From the NCBI GenBank assembly GCA_963727895.1, contig CAVSHT010000007.1:64001-128000 (forward strand): DNA of 64,000 bases, read 5' to 3'. The notes below the pieces were generated by a model, which saw nothing but the letters and a program-made list of their open reading frames with translations, did not search any database and was not told the DNA's origin. The position numbers were made by a program, and so were the translations under genes. Shown piece after piece: positions 34,116-46,490 of this stretch (the stretch's first letter is position 1; each line of letters opens with the position of its first letter). Origin of the DNA: an uncultured Methanosarcinaceae archaeon (GTDB lineage: Archaea > Halobacteriota > Methanosarcinia > Methanosarcinales > Methanosarcinaceae).

Positions 34116-35075
34116 ATGACCAATGACGTTTCAACTACAGAAATTGCAACGGCCGACCTTTCAAACCTTAACGAACGTGAGCTGAAAGGCAAGGTAAACG
34201 AGTTCAGGAGCAAGATAGAGAAAAGCGAAAGGCAGTTGGCTTCGATTTTTAAGGAACTGAATATTAACAGGACCAATATCGACGAACTGAGAGAAAAGAG
34301 AGATTCTCTGAACCATCAGGTTAAGGAAAAAGTTGCAAAAGCACAGGAACTTAGAAACAAACGGGATGAGATTAACAAAACAATCAGTGAATACAAAGGA
34401 AAAAGAAGTGATGTAAACTCAAAGACGCAGGAACTGTTTTCAGGAATTGCTGGATTCAAGGAACAGCGGGACGAGTGTAATAAACAGTCTCATGGAAGTG
34501 TGGAATCTCTCACTAAAGCTTATGAAGCCGAACTTGATTCTTTTCTCAATAAAGAACTGCCACTTACAGTGGAAATAAAAATATTCCAGAAATTAAATGA
34601 CCTCAGTAAACGTCTGCAAGCTGCAAAGAAAGCAAATGAACTGCATGCGCAAATTCAGGAAAGTTACAAAGAATCAAAAGGAATTCATAAAAAAGGAGAC
34701 GAATTCCATGAACAAATCCAGGCCCTCTCAAATGAATCTCAGGCCTGTCATATCGAAATGCTCGAAAACTTCAAAGCTGCTGATGAGATTCGAAAAGAAG
34801 CAAATACATACCATGCCCAGCTTACAGATAAAGTCACAAATATAAACGCAATCAAAGAAAAAATTGACCCGCTTAAAACCAGCATTTCTAATAACCGAAA
34901 AGATCTCTCTTTATACCTTGACAGGTTGAAAGACCTTCAAATTACCAAAGACGAGATTAAAGTAAATCAGAAACACAACGATGCCCGCGAAAAGCTTCAG
35001 AAAAATGCTCGTTTGAGCCTGGAAGATCTAAAGCTTCTTATTGAGAAAGGAGACGTTAAATTCTCCAATGAATAA
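34116..35075 (+). CDS. Archaeal coiled-coil protein (COG1340-like)
   Basis: Repeating KRD.LN heptads; C-terminal KL..N.RLSLEDL. Confidence 0.75.
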   Translation: MTNDVSTTEIATADLSNLNERELKGKVNEFRSKIEKSERQLASIFKELNINRTNIDELREKRDSLNHQVKEKVAKAQELRNKRDEINKTISEYKGKRSDVNSKTQELFSGIAGFKEQRDECNKQSHGSVESLTKAYEAELDSFLNKELPLTVEIKIFQKLNDLSKRLQAAKKANELHAQIQESYKESKGIHKKGDEFHEQIQALSNESQACHIEMLENFKAADEIRKEANTYHAQLTDKVTNINAIKEKIDPLKTSISNNRKDLSLYLDRLKDLQITKDEIKVNQKHNDAREKLQKNARLSLEDLKLLIEKGDVKFSNE

Positions 35076-35123
35076 ATATTCTACAATAAAGTGATTTTCC
35101 CTTTGAATTAAAACACTAAACTT

Positions 35124-35762
35124 TTACTTTTTTTTCCTTTTTCCTGCAAAGAAACTTATCACCAGAATTATGGCTCCCATACTAAGGAAAACGAGAGGCA
35201 TATCAAAACCATTGGACTGAGTTTCAAGTTCAAAATGAGATGGATATGTGTTGTTCGAAGTGTTGGCAACTGACTCTATTGGCGTTTGAGAAATCGGGAA
35301 TTTGGGATCAAGGTACTGATATACAGGTGAAAACTTTACCAGTACTCCATCAGCTCCTTCGTATATCGTGTCCACTGTAAGATTAAGGATTTCGGTAGAA
35401 TTCTGAGAATATACAAACTGAGAACCTTCAGTGACAATGGAATCCTGTAGAGGAACTCCTTTTCTGCTAAGTTCGATCCAGATTCTTTTGCCTTCAGTAT
35501 CTGTGCCTTTTATATGAAGTTGATAATCCTGGAAAAGATTGTGGGTATATCCTGACCTTAGATAAATCTCGCCTCCATCTTCAAGAAGAACGGGGAGTTT
35601 TTCTTTATCATCAGAGGCTAAAGCTGGTGATATGAAATAAAAGAACATTGAAGAACATAATGAGATAATGATGATGAAGGAAAATAAAGAGATGAATCTT
35701 GTTTCTGTATTTTCCTTTATTCTTTGTTCACTTAGGACGCGCATAAATGCATCTGCCTGCAA
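35124..35762 (-). CDS. S-layer-related domain protein with C-terminal membrane anchor
   Basis: YQLHIKGTDTEGKRIWIELSRKG resembles the S-layer repeat; TM segment plus KRKKK tail. Confidence 0.6.
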   Translation of the reverse strand: MQADAFMRVLSEQRIKENTETRFISLFSFIIIISLCSSMFFYFISPALASDDKEKLPVLLEDGGEIYLRSGYTHNLFQDYQLHIKGTDTEGKRIWIELSRKGVPLQDSIVTEGSQFVYSQNSTEILNLTVDTIYEGADGVLVKFSPVYQYLDPKFPISQTPIESVANTSNNTYPSHFELETQSNGFDMPLVFLSMGAIILVISFFAGKRKKK

Positions 35763-36705
35763 TAATTTCTTCTTTTGTATCGTCAGCTTTTCTTATTACT
35801 AAAGCTCCGTCAGGAGTTACTCCTATTGCTTTACCTTCTATAATTCTTGAAGGCGTAGTGACTTTTACTTCTCTTCCAATAGTATCGGAAATAGCGAGCC
35901 AGTCATTAAGAATATGTGAAAAAGGCTGGGTCTTGAAATTTATGTATTGCTGTTCAAGCTCGAACAGGAAATCTTGAAGGAATAACACCCTTTTTATATG
36001 TCTTCCAAGTTCGACTTTCAAAGTAGTCGAACCTTCACGGAAAGACTCCGGGATATCCTTTAAATCCATGTTTACATTAATCCCTATTCCCAGCACAACA
36101 TAGTCCACTCTATCCACTTCAGCCTTTGCCTCGGTAAGAATTCCACAAACCTTTTTTCCATGAATGCGAATGTCGTTTGGCCATTTTATCCTGGCGTCAA
36201 GTCCTATATCACGAATAACATTTGCAACTGCAAGCCCTGCAACCAGAGTAAGTCTTGAGGCGTGCCTTAGAGGAATTCCAGGTTTCAGGATCACAGACAT
36301 CCAGATTCCACCGTGAGGAGAAACCCATTCTCTGCCCATCCTGCCTCTTCCTCCTTTCTGCACTTCGGCAATTACAAGCGTTCCTTCTTCTTGTGAAGCT
36401 GCTATTTCTTTTGCAACACTATTTGTAGAAGTTACTTCTTCGAAATAATGAATTTTTTTCCCCAGAAGAGTTGTTTTGAGACCCATCTGTATTTCTTCCG
36501 GGTACAGGAGTTGAGGTACTGATTTCAGGACATATCCCTTTTTAGGAGATGATTCTATTTCATAACCATCAGTCTGAAGGGATTTGATATATTTCCAGAC
36601 CATTGTCCTTGAGATCCCTAGTTTGAGCCCCAATTCCTCTCCTGAAACAGGGCTTTTCTGTGCATCTTTAAGTGCTTTTATAATTCGAGATCTTTTATCT
36701 CCCAT
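35728..36705 (-). CDS. birA: Bifunctional biotin protein ligase / HTH regulator
   Basis: N-terminal HTH SGEELG...SRTMVWKYI; GRGRMGR, KWPND, KKVCGILTE. Confidence 0.93.
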   Translation of the reverse strand: MGDKRSRIIKALKDAQKSPVSGEELGLKLGISRTMVWKYIKSLQTDGYEIESSPKKGYVLKSVPQLLYPEEIQMGLKTTLLGKKIHYFEEVTSTNSVAKEIAASQEEGTLVIAEVQKGGRGRMGREWVSPHGGIWMSVILKPGIPLRHASRLTLVAGLAVANVIRDIGLDARIKWPNDIRIHGKKVCGILTEAKAEVDRVDYVVLGIGINVNMDLKDIPESFREGSTTLKVELGRHIKRVLFLQDFLFELEQQYINFKTQPFSHILNDWLAISDTIGREVKVTTPSRIIEGKAIGVTPDGALVIRKADDTKEEIIAGRCIYARPK

Positions 36706-36816
36706 CCGTGCACCCCATATAATTGTATACGTTCCACCGTATATAATTTTTTAGTTTATACAGATCCATGTAACATAGATCTGAATCCTACTGCTGTTTA
36801 TTAGATGGCACGTCTT

Positions 36817-38298
36817 TCACCGTTGTGTTTCCTGTGCCATTCTAACATAAGCATGTACGGCAGCTGTAATAGCTGCAATTTTTTTGTCTTTTGCTTGAAG
36901 AGCTGAAGCCAGAGTAGCCCCTTTTTCAGCGTCTGCTTTGACAACATCTTCAACAGCTTCCATAATATTATTATCTTCGATAAAGGCCGTTGTAAGATCG
37001 CCTCTGCGAAAAGCTGGACTGCGCATAACAGCTTTATGGAAGGGGATATTGGTTTTTACTCCAACTACCACATACTCATAAAGAGCTCTTTCCATTCTGG
37101 CAATCGCTACATCTCTTGTTTTTGCCCATACGCAAAGTTTCGAAATCATTGAATCGTAGTATGGAGAAATTGTATAACCTGTATGTACTCCACTATCCAC
37201 CCTGACACCAGGTCCGCCTGCAGACCGGTATCCTCGAATCTTTCCAGGAGATGGAGCAAAATCATTTAATGGATCTTCTGCGTTGATCCTGCATTCAATG
37301 GAATGCCCATCAATAACAATATCTTCCTGATTAAATTCAAGCTTTTCTCCCCAGGCTACTCTTAGCTGCTCCCTTACAATATCAATACCTGTGACCATTT
37401 CAGTTATCCCATGTTCAACCTGCAAGCGAGTATTGACTTCAAGGAAGTAGAAGTTACCCTTTGAATAAAGAAATTCCACTGTTCCGGCATTTACATAACC
37501 AATTGTCTTTGCTACCCTGACTGCAGCTTCTCCCATCTGTGCCCTGAGTTCAGGGGTCATGATAGGAGAAGGAGCTTCTTCAATAAGCTTCTGATGCCTT
37601 CTCTGGATGGAACATTCTCTATCTGAGAGATAAACTGTATTTCCAAATCCGTCTGCTAGAATCTGAATCTCGATGTGTCTGGGTTCTTCCACATATTTTT
37701 CAATGAAAACCGAAGAATCTCCAAAAGCTGAGCCAGCCATTTGTCTGGTAGAATTGAGTGCATTGGCGAGTTCATCGCTGGAATTAACTATTTTCATCCC
37801 AATTCCGCCGCCTCCTGCAGAGGCTTTAATCAAAACAGGATAGCCAATTTCTTCCGCGATTTTTATAGCTTCGACCGGATCCTCAACTGCATCTTTTGTC
37901 CCAGGTACAACAGGCACACCAGCTTTCATCATAAGGTTTCGAGCTCTTATTTTGCTCCCCATCTCAGCAATAACATGGCTGGGAGGCCCTATGAAAACAA
38001 TTCCTTCTTTTTCACAGCGTTTTGCAAAGACAGGATTTTCAGACAGGAAACCGTAGCCCGGATGAATTGCTTCAGCTCCTGTACTTTTTGCAACTGTAAG
38101 GATAGCTTCCATATTCAGATAACTCTGGCTTGAAGGGGCTGGGCCTATAAGATAGGCTTCATCTGCATATTTGGCAAAGAGGGCATTTTTATCAGCCTCT
38201 GAACAAACCGCGACCGTGGAAATTCCAAGCTCTCGGCAGGCACGCATGACCCTGATCGCAATCTCACCACGATTTGCAACGAGTACTTTTTTGAACAT
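36817..38298 (-). CDS. pycA: Pyruvate carboxylase subunit A (biotin carboxylase)
   Basis: [38 protein letters not shown]. Confidence 0.95.
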   Translation of the reverse strand: MFKKVLVANRGEIAIRVMRACRELGISTVAVCSEADKNALFAKYADEAYLIGPAPSSQSYLNMEAILTVAKSTGAEAIHPGYGFLSENPVFAKRCEKEGIVFIGPPSHVIAEMGSKIRARNLMMKAGVPVVPGTKDAVEDPVEAIKIAEEIGYPVLIKASAGGGGIGMKIVNSSDELANALNSTRQMAGSAFGDSSVFIEKYVEEPRHIEIQILADGFGNTVYLSDRECSIQRRHQKLIEEAPSPIMTPELRAQMGEAAVRVAKTIGYVNAGTVEFLYSKGNFYFLEVNTRLQVEHGITEMVTGIDIVREQLRVAWGEKLEFNQEDIVIDGHSIECRINAEDPLNDFAPSPGKIRGYRSAGGPGVRVDSGVHTGYTISPYYDSMISKLCVWAKTRDVAIARMERALYEYVVVGVKTNIPFHKAVMRSPAFRRGDLTTAFIEDNNIMEAVEDVVKADAEKGATLASALQAKDKKIAAITAAVHAYVRMAQETQR

Positions 38299-38320
38299 GA
38301 TACCTTCAACCTCGTTACAT

Positions 38321-40042
38321 TTATTCAATTGACATTATTATATCACCAGGAGATACTGTGTCCCCTTCGGAAACAAAGATTTCTCTTACAACGCCTGAAT
38401 GAGAAGCATGGATAGCGTTTTCCATTTTCATGGCTTCGATTACAGCTATAGTATCGCCTTCTGCAACAGTGTCCTCGACCTTGACCTTAAGAGAAAGGAC
38501 CATACCCTGCATTGAGCTGCAAACTGCTCCTTTAACAGAATCAGAGCTTGGTTTTTTGGGAGATGCTTCAGATACGGAAATTCCACCGCCGATAGGCTCA
38601 ATCTTAACCTCATAGATTTCATCGTCCACTTCTACCTTGAAATGAGTTGGAATTACACATTCCTTCTGCAGAGCTGGAGCAGAAGCAACTACTGCAAGAG
38701 CTTCTTCTTCCATTTCTCCTTTCAAGAACTTCGGGGCGATAGCTGGATAGAGAATATAGGTAAGTATGTCTTCTTCAGATTTAGCAATTCCCATTTCCTC
38801 AGCTTCCTTTTTCCTTTTCTCATATTCAGGCTTAAGGAGATCAGCAGGACGGCAATGAATAGGTTCTTCGTCTCCAATTATCTTACCTATTATTTCTGGG
38901 CTTATCGGAGCAGGAGATCGTCCATAAAGACCGCGAACATAATCTTTTACTTCTTTAGGGATAACCTTGTACCTCTCGCCCATAAGCACGTTAAGTACTG
39001 CCTGTGTACCAACTATCTGGCTTGTTGGGGTTACAAGAGGCGGATATCCAAGCTCCTCGCGAACCCTGGGCATTTCACTGAGTACGGCATCATACTTGTC
39101 AAGAGCATTCTGTTCCTTTAGTTGAGAAACGAGGTTTGAGAGCATTCCTCCTGGAATCTGATAGATAAGGACGTTAGTATCTATCTGCTCGGTAATAGGG
39201 TCAAGTATTCCCCGATATTTCTCTTTAAGACCTTTGAAATATGCGACAACCTCTTCAAAAGCCTCAAGCTCCAGACCAGTATCATAAGGAGTGCCTTTAA
39301 GAGCGGCTATAACTGATTCAGTTGGAGGCTGAGAAGTTCCCCATGACAGGGGCGAAAGTGCAGTATCCAGAATATCGATTCCTGCCTCACAGGCTGCCAT
39401 ATAGGTCATAGGGGCCATTCCGGAGGTACAGTGGCAGTGCAGAGAAATCGGAATGGAAATTTCTTTTTTCATGGCACTGATTATATGGGTAGCGTTATTA
39501 GGGGAAAGAAGGCCTGCCATATCTTTGATACAAATAGAATCGCAATCAAGTTCCTCAAGCTGTTTTGCGAGCTCAATATATTTCTCAACAGTGTGCACAG
39601 GACTTATGGTGTAGCAGACAGTACCCTGTACGTGAGCACCGAGCTTTTTTGCCACTTTAATAGAAAATTCCATGTTCCGAACATCATTGACTGCATCAAA
39701 AATCCGGAAAATGTCAATCCCATTCTGATAAGACTTAGTAACGAATTTTTCGACTACGTCATCAGAATAGTGTCTGTAACCTACAAGGTTTTGACCTCGA
39801 AGTAACATCTGAGCATAGGTGTTATTCATTTCTTTTTTGATATCCCGCAGGCGCTGCCAGGGGTCCTCATTCAGGTAGCGGATACAGCTGTCAAAGGTGG
39901 CGCCTCCCCACATTTCAAGGGAGAAATACCCTATCTGATCCAGTTGTTCAACCACTTCGAGCATATCTCTTGTCCGCATTCTGGTTGCCAGGAGAGATTG
40001 ATGTGCATCCCGAAGGATAGTTTCGGTAATTTTTACACTCAT
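38321..40042 (-). CDS. pycB: Pyruvate carboxylase subunit B (carboxyltransferase plus biotin carrier)
   Basis: [32 protein letters not shown]. Confidence 0.95.
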   Translation of the reverse strand: MSVKITETILRDAHQSLLATRMRTRDMLEVVEQLDQIGYFSLEMWGGATFDSCIRYLNEDPWQRLRDIKKEMNNTYAQMLLRGQNLVGYRHYSDDVVEKFVTKSYQNGIDIFRIFDAVNDVRNMEFSIKVAKKLGAHVQGTVCYTISPVHTVEKYIELAKQLEELDCDSICIKDMAGLLSPNNATHIISAMKKEISIPISLHCHCTSGMAPMTYMAACEAGIDILDTALSPLSWGTSQPPTESVIAALKGTPYDTGLELEAFEEVVAYFKGLKEKYRGILDPITEQIDTNVLIYQIPGGMLSNLVSQLKEQNALDKYDAVLSEMPRVREELGYPPLVTPTSQIVGTQAVLNVLMGERYKVIPKEVKDYVRGLYGRSPAPISPEIIGKIIGDEEPIHCRPADLLKPEYEKRKKEAEEMGIAKSEEDILTYILYPAIAPKFLKGEMEEEALAVVASAPALQKECVIPTHFKVEVDDEIYEVKIEPIGGGISVSEASPKKPSSDSVKGAVCSSMQGMVLSLKVKVEDTVAEGDTIAVIEAMKMENAIHASHSGVVREIFVSEGDTVSPGDIIMSIE

Positions 40043-40670
40043 GGATGAACCTCTTAAAATCGAATCAAAAAACCTGATATACTATTTTATATAGCACACT
40101 TCTACTATTTTTTCCGGTGGGTTTAGTTTTGTGTACCGGAATTATTCGGGTAAAGTTTTGATTCAGATTGAATAAAGTGTATAAATCCTCAAATTGCTAT
40201 TTTGATGCAATTTCCTGCAGCTTTCCCGAAGAAAGAGTTCTTTGTAGACAAATTTAACTTACTTTCCGGAACCACAGTCAGAGTAAATCAATTTTATAGA
40301 GCCAAACACATTACTTGACAAATCTGTGTTGACAAGTTGCCAAGAATTCTTTAAAATACAATTGTTAACAAGTATATACTTTTCGCCTGTTAACATTAAA
40401 AAAATCGTTTTTAGATAAAGTATAAAATTAAGAAGCAAGATCGATCTTTAAGAATAAAACTTTCTGTTTTTTATGAATACAAAACTTACCTTGAATTAAA
40501 AACTTATCCTAATTAATTGTTCTGAAGTGAAACAAATTAAAGTTAATAATGTAAGGCAAGAAATCTAAACAATTACAGACTCTGAACTAAAGAATGAAAA
40601 ATACAGAAGAAAAACATATTCATTTGACATTTCATAAAATGAATAATTTTTGACATCTGATTGTTGTAAG

Positions 40671-41627
40671 TTAATTTTTTTGTTTTCTTCCCATAAAGAA
40701 CCACTGATCATAAGTTCCTTCAGAGTCAGTGTTATCCACAATCTCACCTTTAACTCCTTCCATGAGCAGAGCCTTGTAGAGAATTTCAATTTCAGGCTTG
40801 CTGCTAACCGTAAACAGAATTAACGCACCTTCATTTGCTACTGAGACTGCTTCTCTTATAATGTTTATCCAAAGATTTTTGTTGAAGTCATATACGAGTC
40901 CCAACATGAATCCCATTACTGCATCAAAACTATCAGGCTCAAAATATCGGGAAAGAGTTGTTGCATCCATTACAACTGTTTTTTGAGGGTTCAAAACTCC
41001 CTGCTCAAGTCCTTGACAGACTGCACATTTATTAATTTCTACAGCTAGCGGATTAAATCCAAGTCTGTAGAGAGCAAGAGTGGACATCCCGTTTCCACAG
41101 CAGACTTCAAGAAGTTTTCCTTCAGGATAAAATCCTTTTTCTTGGAGAATGTTGAAGATTTCCGTAACTTTTCGAACACGGTTTTCAGAAAAAACGTTCT
41201 TATAAGATTCGGGTTTGACATTGCAGTTCTGGCAAAGATTTCTATTTAAAAGCATGAGCGAATAATATTCATTAACGGCATCCCTCCAGTTTTCCGAAGA
41301 AATTTCAATGTCTTTTTCAGGAAGATTTAAAGCAAGAAGAGAGTCTGTAAGAACCTCAAAATCCTTTTTTGAGTGAGTTACCGCAAGAGCCCCTGTGAAT
41401 ACTGAACAGAAATCTACAGGGACTTCCTTGTCTGCAGAATTGAAAACCAGTAACCCAAGCGTATGCTCTCCTTGTCTAACTCTAATAAACCGCATCTGCT
41501 GATTCTCTGCAAACCTTCGAACCCCGTTAAGATAGTCAAGCGTACGTTCAATAGTCCTCTGGGCTAGATAGCTTTCTTCTACAAAATAGATTTCTTCATC
41601 AATGCCAAGGAGTTCCTGTAAAAGCAT
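40671..41627 (-). CDS. Class I SAM-dependent methyltransferase-like protein
   Basis: LLEVCCGNGMS motif I. Confidence 0.75.
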   Translation of the reverse strand: MLLQELLGIDEEIYFVEESYLAQRTIERTLDYLNGVRRFAENQQMRFIRVRQGEHTLGLLVFNSADKEVPVDFCSVFTGALAVTHSKKDFEVLTDSLLALNLPEKDIEISSENWRDAVNEYYSLMLLNRNLCQNCNVKPESYKNVFSENRVRKVTEIFNILQEKGFYPEGKLLEVCCGNGMSTLALYRLGFNPLAVEINKCAVCQGLEQGVLNPQKTVVMDATTLSRYFEPDSFDAVMGFMLGLVYDFNKNLWINIIREAVSVANEGALILFTVSSKPEIEILYKALLMEGVKGEIVDNTDSEGTYDQWFFMGRKQKN

Positions 41628-41793
41628 ATCTGTCTAGATTCTGATAATCTCATATCAAGATTTCGAAAAAAAGATATTAATATCTGAATTGGAAGTAAAA
41701 CTCCAATTTAAGCAAAGGTATTTATAGAATCTGTTTACAAAAACAGGTGTTAAAAGGATATTTATTAGCAAAAAAAGTAGATTGGAGGATAAT

Positions 41794-42003
41794 ATGGCAA
41801 AAGTAATACCATTTGCGCCAATTGAGCGTTTAATAAGAACAGCAGGTGCTCATAGAGTAAGTGAAAGTGCAGGAATGGCTCTTACGGAAATTCTAGAAGA
41901 ATACGGACTTGAGATTTCTAGAGAAGCAATTAAACTTGCAGAACACGCAGGCCGAAAAACCGTAAAAGCTGAAGATATAAAATTAGCAAAAGAAATGCTG
42001 TAA
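41794..42003 (+). CDS. Archaeal histone
   Basis: IPFAPIERLIR.AGAHRVSE...AEHAGRKTVKAEDI. Confidence 0.95.
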   Translation: MAKVIPFAPIERLIRTAGAHRVSESAGMALTEILEEYGLEISREAIKLAEHAGRKTVKAEDIKLAKEML

Positions 42004-42340
42004 GTTAAATACTGAATATCCCTTAAAAGTTATTTCTATTAATATTTTTTAGGGGTTTAGATAAAATGCTGATTCTCAGCATTTTCTTATTTATTGTTTA
42101 GATTCAGTTATCTTATATGTTGTACTATGTATAGTAGTAAACTCTGGAATCACTATGGTTAGAGGTTCCAGAGGGCAATTTTTAAGCAGGCTCCATTAGT
42201 GATGTAGATTTAATCAGTATAACTACCTTCAAAGCAGCTTTTTTAAAAGGTTTACCCTAAATAGGGAAACCTTTGATCTTTAGATCCTGAAATAAAATTA
42301 TCTATGTGATCAATTCGCTCAATGATTTAATCACAGGAAA

Positions 42341-42853
42341 TTATGCTCCCAGAATTAAACCAGCGAGACTTATACCTGTTACAGTAACAGTAGTTACCAC
42401 AATTCCCGCTATTAGAACCCCTGCGAAAATTGCCAATAACGCCTGTCTGAATTTAACTCCAAAAACAAATGCTGCTGCACATCCTGACCAGGCTCCTGTA
42501 GCTGGTAGGGGTATGGCTACAAAGATAGTCAATGCAAGGAGTCCATATTTTTCAAAACTCTCGGTACTGTTTTTGCGAGTTCTTGAGAATAGCCATGTGA
42601 AAAAATTGTCAAAGATAGTGTAGCGTCTGAGATAATTTGATACAGGCTCAAGAAAGAGCAGTAGAGGAATTACAGGAAGAAGGTTTCCGAGCACCGATAA
42701 GAAAAACGCCTCATAAGGTCCCATTCCATAAATGCCCATCGCAACAGGAATTGCCCCTCTCAGTTCGGAGACCGGTAGAGCTCCCAGAATCAAAACAGCA
42801 AGCCAGTGGGGAACAGATCCCAACAGTTCTACTAATGTTATTTCAACAGACAT
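42341..42853 (-). CDS. COG2426 / small multidrug export-family membrane protein
   Basis: LPVSELRGAIP, FVAIPLPATGAWSG. Confidence 0.85.
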   Translation of the reverse strand: MSVEITLVELLGSVPHWLAVLILGALPVSELRGAIPVAMGIYGMGPYEAFFLSVLGNLLPVIPLLLFLEPVSNYLRRYTIFDNFFTWLFSRTRKNSTESFEKYGLLALTIFVAIPLPATGAWSGCAAAFVFGVKFRQALLAIFAGVLIAGIVVTTVTVTGISLAGLILGA

Positions 42854-42967
42854 GGTAATCAGTATATTAATTCTATGTTTTTAAATAAAGAGAAACAGGA
42901 TTTAAGCCCTTTTAATCTCTTTTTAGAGATATGGAGTGTAAAACATACATCTTCCATTCATCAAATA

Positions 42968-43972
42968 TTAATCTGTATTAGAAAGCGCAAAATGCGCGAG
43001 CAAAGCTTCGAGCTGGATCTTTTCAGTAGCTCCTTCAGTTAGCCTGAAATCAATCTCGCCTATTATATCTACAAGTTCAACAATACGCTTTTCAGAAAGC
43101 CCGAGATCCAGAATCATCTGGTTATCCATTTCAGAGATTGCCCTGTAAATCTGCCCAATTATATCTTCTCCAGAGAGACCTTCTTCATAGAGCAATCTGT
43201 TCAGCTCTTTTCTTGCAGCCCTAAAATTTCCACCAAGGGCAGTTTCGATCATGTCTCTGATATCTTCGGGATTTGCGGTTGCAGTAGTTCTGTAAATGGT
43301 TTCCCTGGATATAGGTTTTTCCGGATCTATAAAAGCAGCAGCCTGAAGAGAGTTCACAGCTTTCCTCATGTCTCCCTGAGATACGTAAGTAAGAGCTTCA
43401 TATCCGTCGTCAGTGATGGATAAAACCTGATCTTTAGCTATGTACTCAAGGCGTTTTCTGATAGCTTCATTTGAAAGACGTCTGAACCTGAAGACTGCAC
43501 AGCGAGATTGGATAGGTTCAATAATTCTGGAAGAATAATTGCAGGATAAAATAAATCTGCAGTTATTGCTGAAACGTTCCATTGTTCGCCTTAGTGCAGA
43601 TTGGGCATCCGAGGTCAGCGCATCAGCTTCATCCAAAAAGATGATCTTGAATCCAGCTCCACCTATAGGAGCAGTTTTTGCAAAGTTTTTAATTTTTGTC
43701 CTGACAACATCAATACCCCTTTCATCAGAAGCATTGAGTTCAGTAAAGTTTTCACGCCAGAGATCTTCCCCGAAGATTTCTCTTGCAATCGATACTGCAG
43801 AAGCCGTTTTCCCAACTCCTGGCGGGCCGGAAAATAGAAGATGAGGAAGATTTTTCGTTGCAACATAAGATTTCAGGCGTTCGATTGTTTCTTCCTGTCC
43901 TGTTACCTGATCCAGTCTAGTAGGCCTATATTTTTCGATCCAGATCTCTTCTTTAATCGTAAAGTCCTCCAT
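42968..43972 (-). CDS. rfcS: Replication factor C small subunit
   Basis: WIEKYRP, GPPGVGKT, ELNASDERGID, LDEAD, SRC. Confidence 0.95.
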   Translation of the reverse strand: MEDFTIKEEIWIEKYRPTRLDQVTGQEETIERLKSYVATKNLPHLLFSGPPGVGKTASAVSIAREIFGEDLWRENFTELNASDERGIDVVRTKIKNFAKTAPIGGAGFKIIFLDEADALTSDAQSALRRTMERFSNNCRFILSCNYSSRIIEPIQSRCAVFRFRRLSNEAIRKRLEYIAKDQVLSITDDGYEALTYVSQGDMRKAVNSLQAAAFIDPEKPISRETIYRTTATANPEDIRDMIETALGGNFRAARKELNRLLYEEGLSGEDIIGQIYRAISEMDNQMILDLGLSEKRIVELVDIIGEIDFRLTEGATEKIQLEALLAHFALSNTD

Positions 43973-44126
43973 TAATGCTTGAACCGTATTTGAAGAATAT
44001 GATATTTAAACTTTTGAATGTTTGTGATTTCTAAGACATAGAAAGTTATTCATTCAGAAGTAGAACTCTCATAGCTGCATTTTTTATTAACTAGTACCTT
44101 TTATTAAATAGTACATTCGGATTAAA

Positions 44127-44262
44127 GGCAGTGTCGCGAATTTGCTGTAAATTCTAAGTTAATTTTTTGTATACAGTAGGGAAAATTGATCTTCGGATAT
44201 GGAATTGTTGGCTCAAAAACTTTTTAAAATTTGTAATTTTACATAACTTATGTTACACTGTC
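44127..44262. mobile_element. Degenerate MITE-like element (IS256-like ends)
   Basis: Imperfect IRs GGCAGTGT... / ...ACACTGTC; flanks GGATTAAA / CAATTAAA match 6 of 8. Confidence 0.45.
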
Positions 44263-44440
44263 CAATTAAATATATAATCATTCTCTTACATAAAACTAAA
44301 AATTTTTAAAGTACGCTGTCCTGAACACACAATGAACAAGAAAGGCTGGTTTCAGAGTAAAAATTCTCTAACAAAACAAGCCAATATTACAGTAGATATA
44401 GTAATAAGAAAGTAATGGAGATAAAGAAAAGGCAATAAAT

Positions 44441-44998
44441 TTAATCCAAATACACTGTATGCAGAGTTTCATAAATAGGTCCTTTTGGAGTAAGTGTGCT
44501 TTTCTTTAAAAATACTCTATTTACCCACATAGTACCGATTTTGGTATCCTGTAACTCCTTTAAAGTGTTTATGAAAGCGTTTCTTTTATCTTTTTTCAGA
44601 AACTTTACCCTGGCAAGAGTAGCGTGGGCAGTAAATTCCCTTTCATCTTTTTCAAATTTAAAAGGTTCCAATAAATGCTCTACCTCTTCATGTAACGCCT
44701 TGAAATTTCCAGTTGCCCCCAGCCAGAGGACTTTGGGATTTGAAGGCTTTGGAAAAACTCCAATCCCCTTTATTATTGATTCAAAAGGTTCGCATGTTAT
44801 AGAATCGAGAGTGACAGAAAGAGAAGGAATTTTTGATTCTTCCACGTTTCCTAGAAACTTCAAAGTAATGTGAACTAGTTCAGGATCAACAAACTTCAGA
44901 TCAAAATCCGAGAATCTATCCTGAAGATTCTGAATCTTCTCCTTAAAGCCAGGGTCCAATTCCACTGCTATAAATGTCCTGATCAAAGAATTCACCAA
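44441..44998 (-). CDS. thpR: RNA 2',3'-cyclic phosphodiesterase (2H family)
   Basis: RTFIAV, HITLKFLG, AHATLAR, STLTPKGPIY. Confidence 0.9.
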   Translation of the reverse strand: MVNSLIRTFIAVELDPGFKEKIQNLQDRFSDFDLKFVDPELVHITLKFLGNVEESKIPSLSVTLDSITCEPFESIIKGIGVFPKPSNPKVLWLGATGNFKALHEEVEHLLEPFKFEKDEREFTAHATLARVKFLKKDKRNAFINTLKELQDTKIGTMWVNRVFLKKSTLTPKGPIYETLHTVYLD

Positions 44999-45411
44999 TC
45001 TTAATTGAAAAGCTAACCAGAAAAATCTTCCTGTAAAATACTCTGAAAAAAATAAGTTTTAATATGTCGTTTTTAAGAATTGTAAACCTTCATGAAGATA
45101 TTTGATAAAAATATGTTATATAAAAAGTGCAAAAAAGTAAAAATAAAATAAGAAAGATCGACTGATCACAGGATAATTATAAAATAGATAAGATAAGTAA
45201 AGAAAGATAAATAAGCTTAAGTATTTATAAAGTTGGGTTCAATGTTAACTTGATAACGTTCATTTTAATTCAGAACTCTAAGTGAAAAAAATTTAATAAA
45301 CATAACTTAAAAAATAGTATTAATTCAAAGGAATAATTAACTTCACTAAATAACTTCACTAATATTTAAATCGAAAATAAATTGCTGCAAAAAGAAAAAG
45401 CGGTGGATCAT

Positions 45412-46287
45412 ATGGATAGAGCACGTATAATTGCAGAAACTGCAGCCCGGATTTCCAAAGAACTAGATGCTGCCGCAATTATGGTTTCTGGGGAATTGAG
45501 TTTTGAAGGGATTGATACAGGGGGGATTCCGGTATATTACATATCCATGCGTCCAAAAAGCATAATAGACCATTTGGTTTCCACTGGAAAGGATGGGAAA
45601 AATCCTTTAAAGGAGCTTGGTGACCAGATAAACCGCGAAGCCTCAGGGAATTCGGATCACCTTCAACAGGTTGTTGCCATAGAATACGTGCTCGGAGAAC
45701 TGGAAAATGGAATTATTGTAGGTGTAGTCGAAACACGTGGTTCCAGTTCAATTATTGTACATAGCCTTGATGAAAATCCTCTTGTAAAAGCCATGAAAGA
45801 ATGTCAGGAAAGGATAAAGCCGGAAGTAATGAGTGCAATTATGAAAATTTCTTTTGATATTATCCTGACAGGCAGAGAAGGAAGGAAAATGGGAGCTGCC
45901 TTCATCATAGGTGATTCGGAAGAAGTTCTGAAACGCTCTCATCAGCTAATATTGAATCCATATGAGGGTCACGATGAAATTTACCGTAACGTCCTTGATA
46001 AGAGAAACTGGGAATCTATAAAGGAATTTTCCCAGCTTGATGGTGTTTTTGTAGTGGACGAAAATGGCATTATTCGTGCCGCAGGCCGCTACCTTGATGT
46101 CGATGGAAAAAATGTGGATATCGAGAAAGGACTTGGAGGAAGGCATGTTTCGGCAGCAGCAATTAGTAGAGATACTGTTGCAATCGCAGTTACAGTATCG
46201 GAGTCTGGGGGAGTTCTCAGAGTATATAAAGATGCAAAGGAGACAATTTGCATTGAATCAATGAGTCCTGCAGTAAGATATTTTTGA
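45412..46287 (+). CDS. dacZ: Diadenylate cyclase (DacZ-type)
   Basis: LDGVFVV and GLGGRHVSA DAC motifs, AVTVSESGG. Confidence 0.88.
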   Translation: MDRARIIAETAARISKELDAAAIMVSGELSFEGIDTGGIPVYYISMRPKSIIDHLVSTGKDGKNPLKELGDQINREASGNSDHLQQVVAIEYVLGELENGIIVGVVETRGSSSIIVHSLDENPLVKAMKECQERIKPEVMSAIMKISFDIILTGREGRKMGAAFIIGDSEEVLKRSHQLILNPYEGHDEIYRNVLDKRNWESIKEFSQLDGVFVVDENGIIRAAGRYLDVDGKNVDIEKGLGGRHVSAAAISRDTVAIAVTVSESGGVLRVYKDAKETICIESMSPAVRYF

Positions 46288-46490
46288 ATTCTGAGACGTC
46301 TAATTATAATCATTGAAAACTTTTTTTCAGATTCGAAGATTTTTAATTGCACGCAAAAGTATCTAATTGAAGCCTTCTAAATATCAATCTTTCAACTGAG
46401 CCTTTAAGGAATAAGGACAGTGCATAGGCTCATAAACAATGAAAATATATTTAGAAATATGAGACGAAATAAAGAAAGTGAGGGAATTTT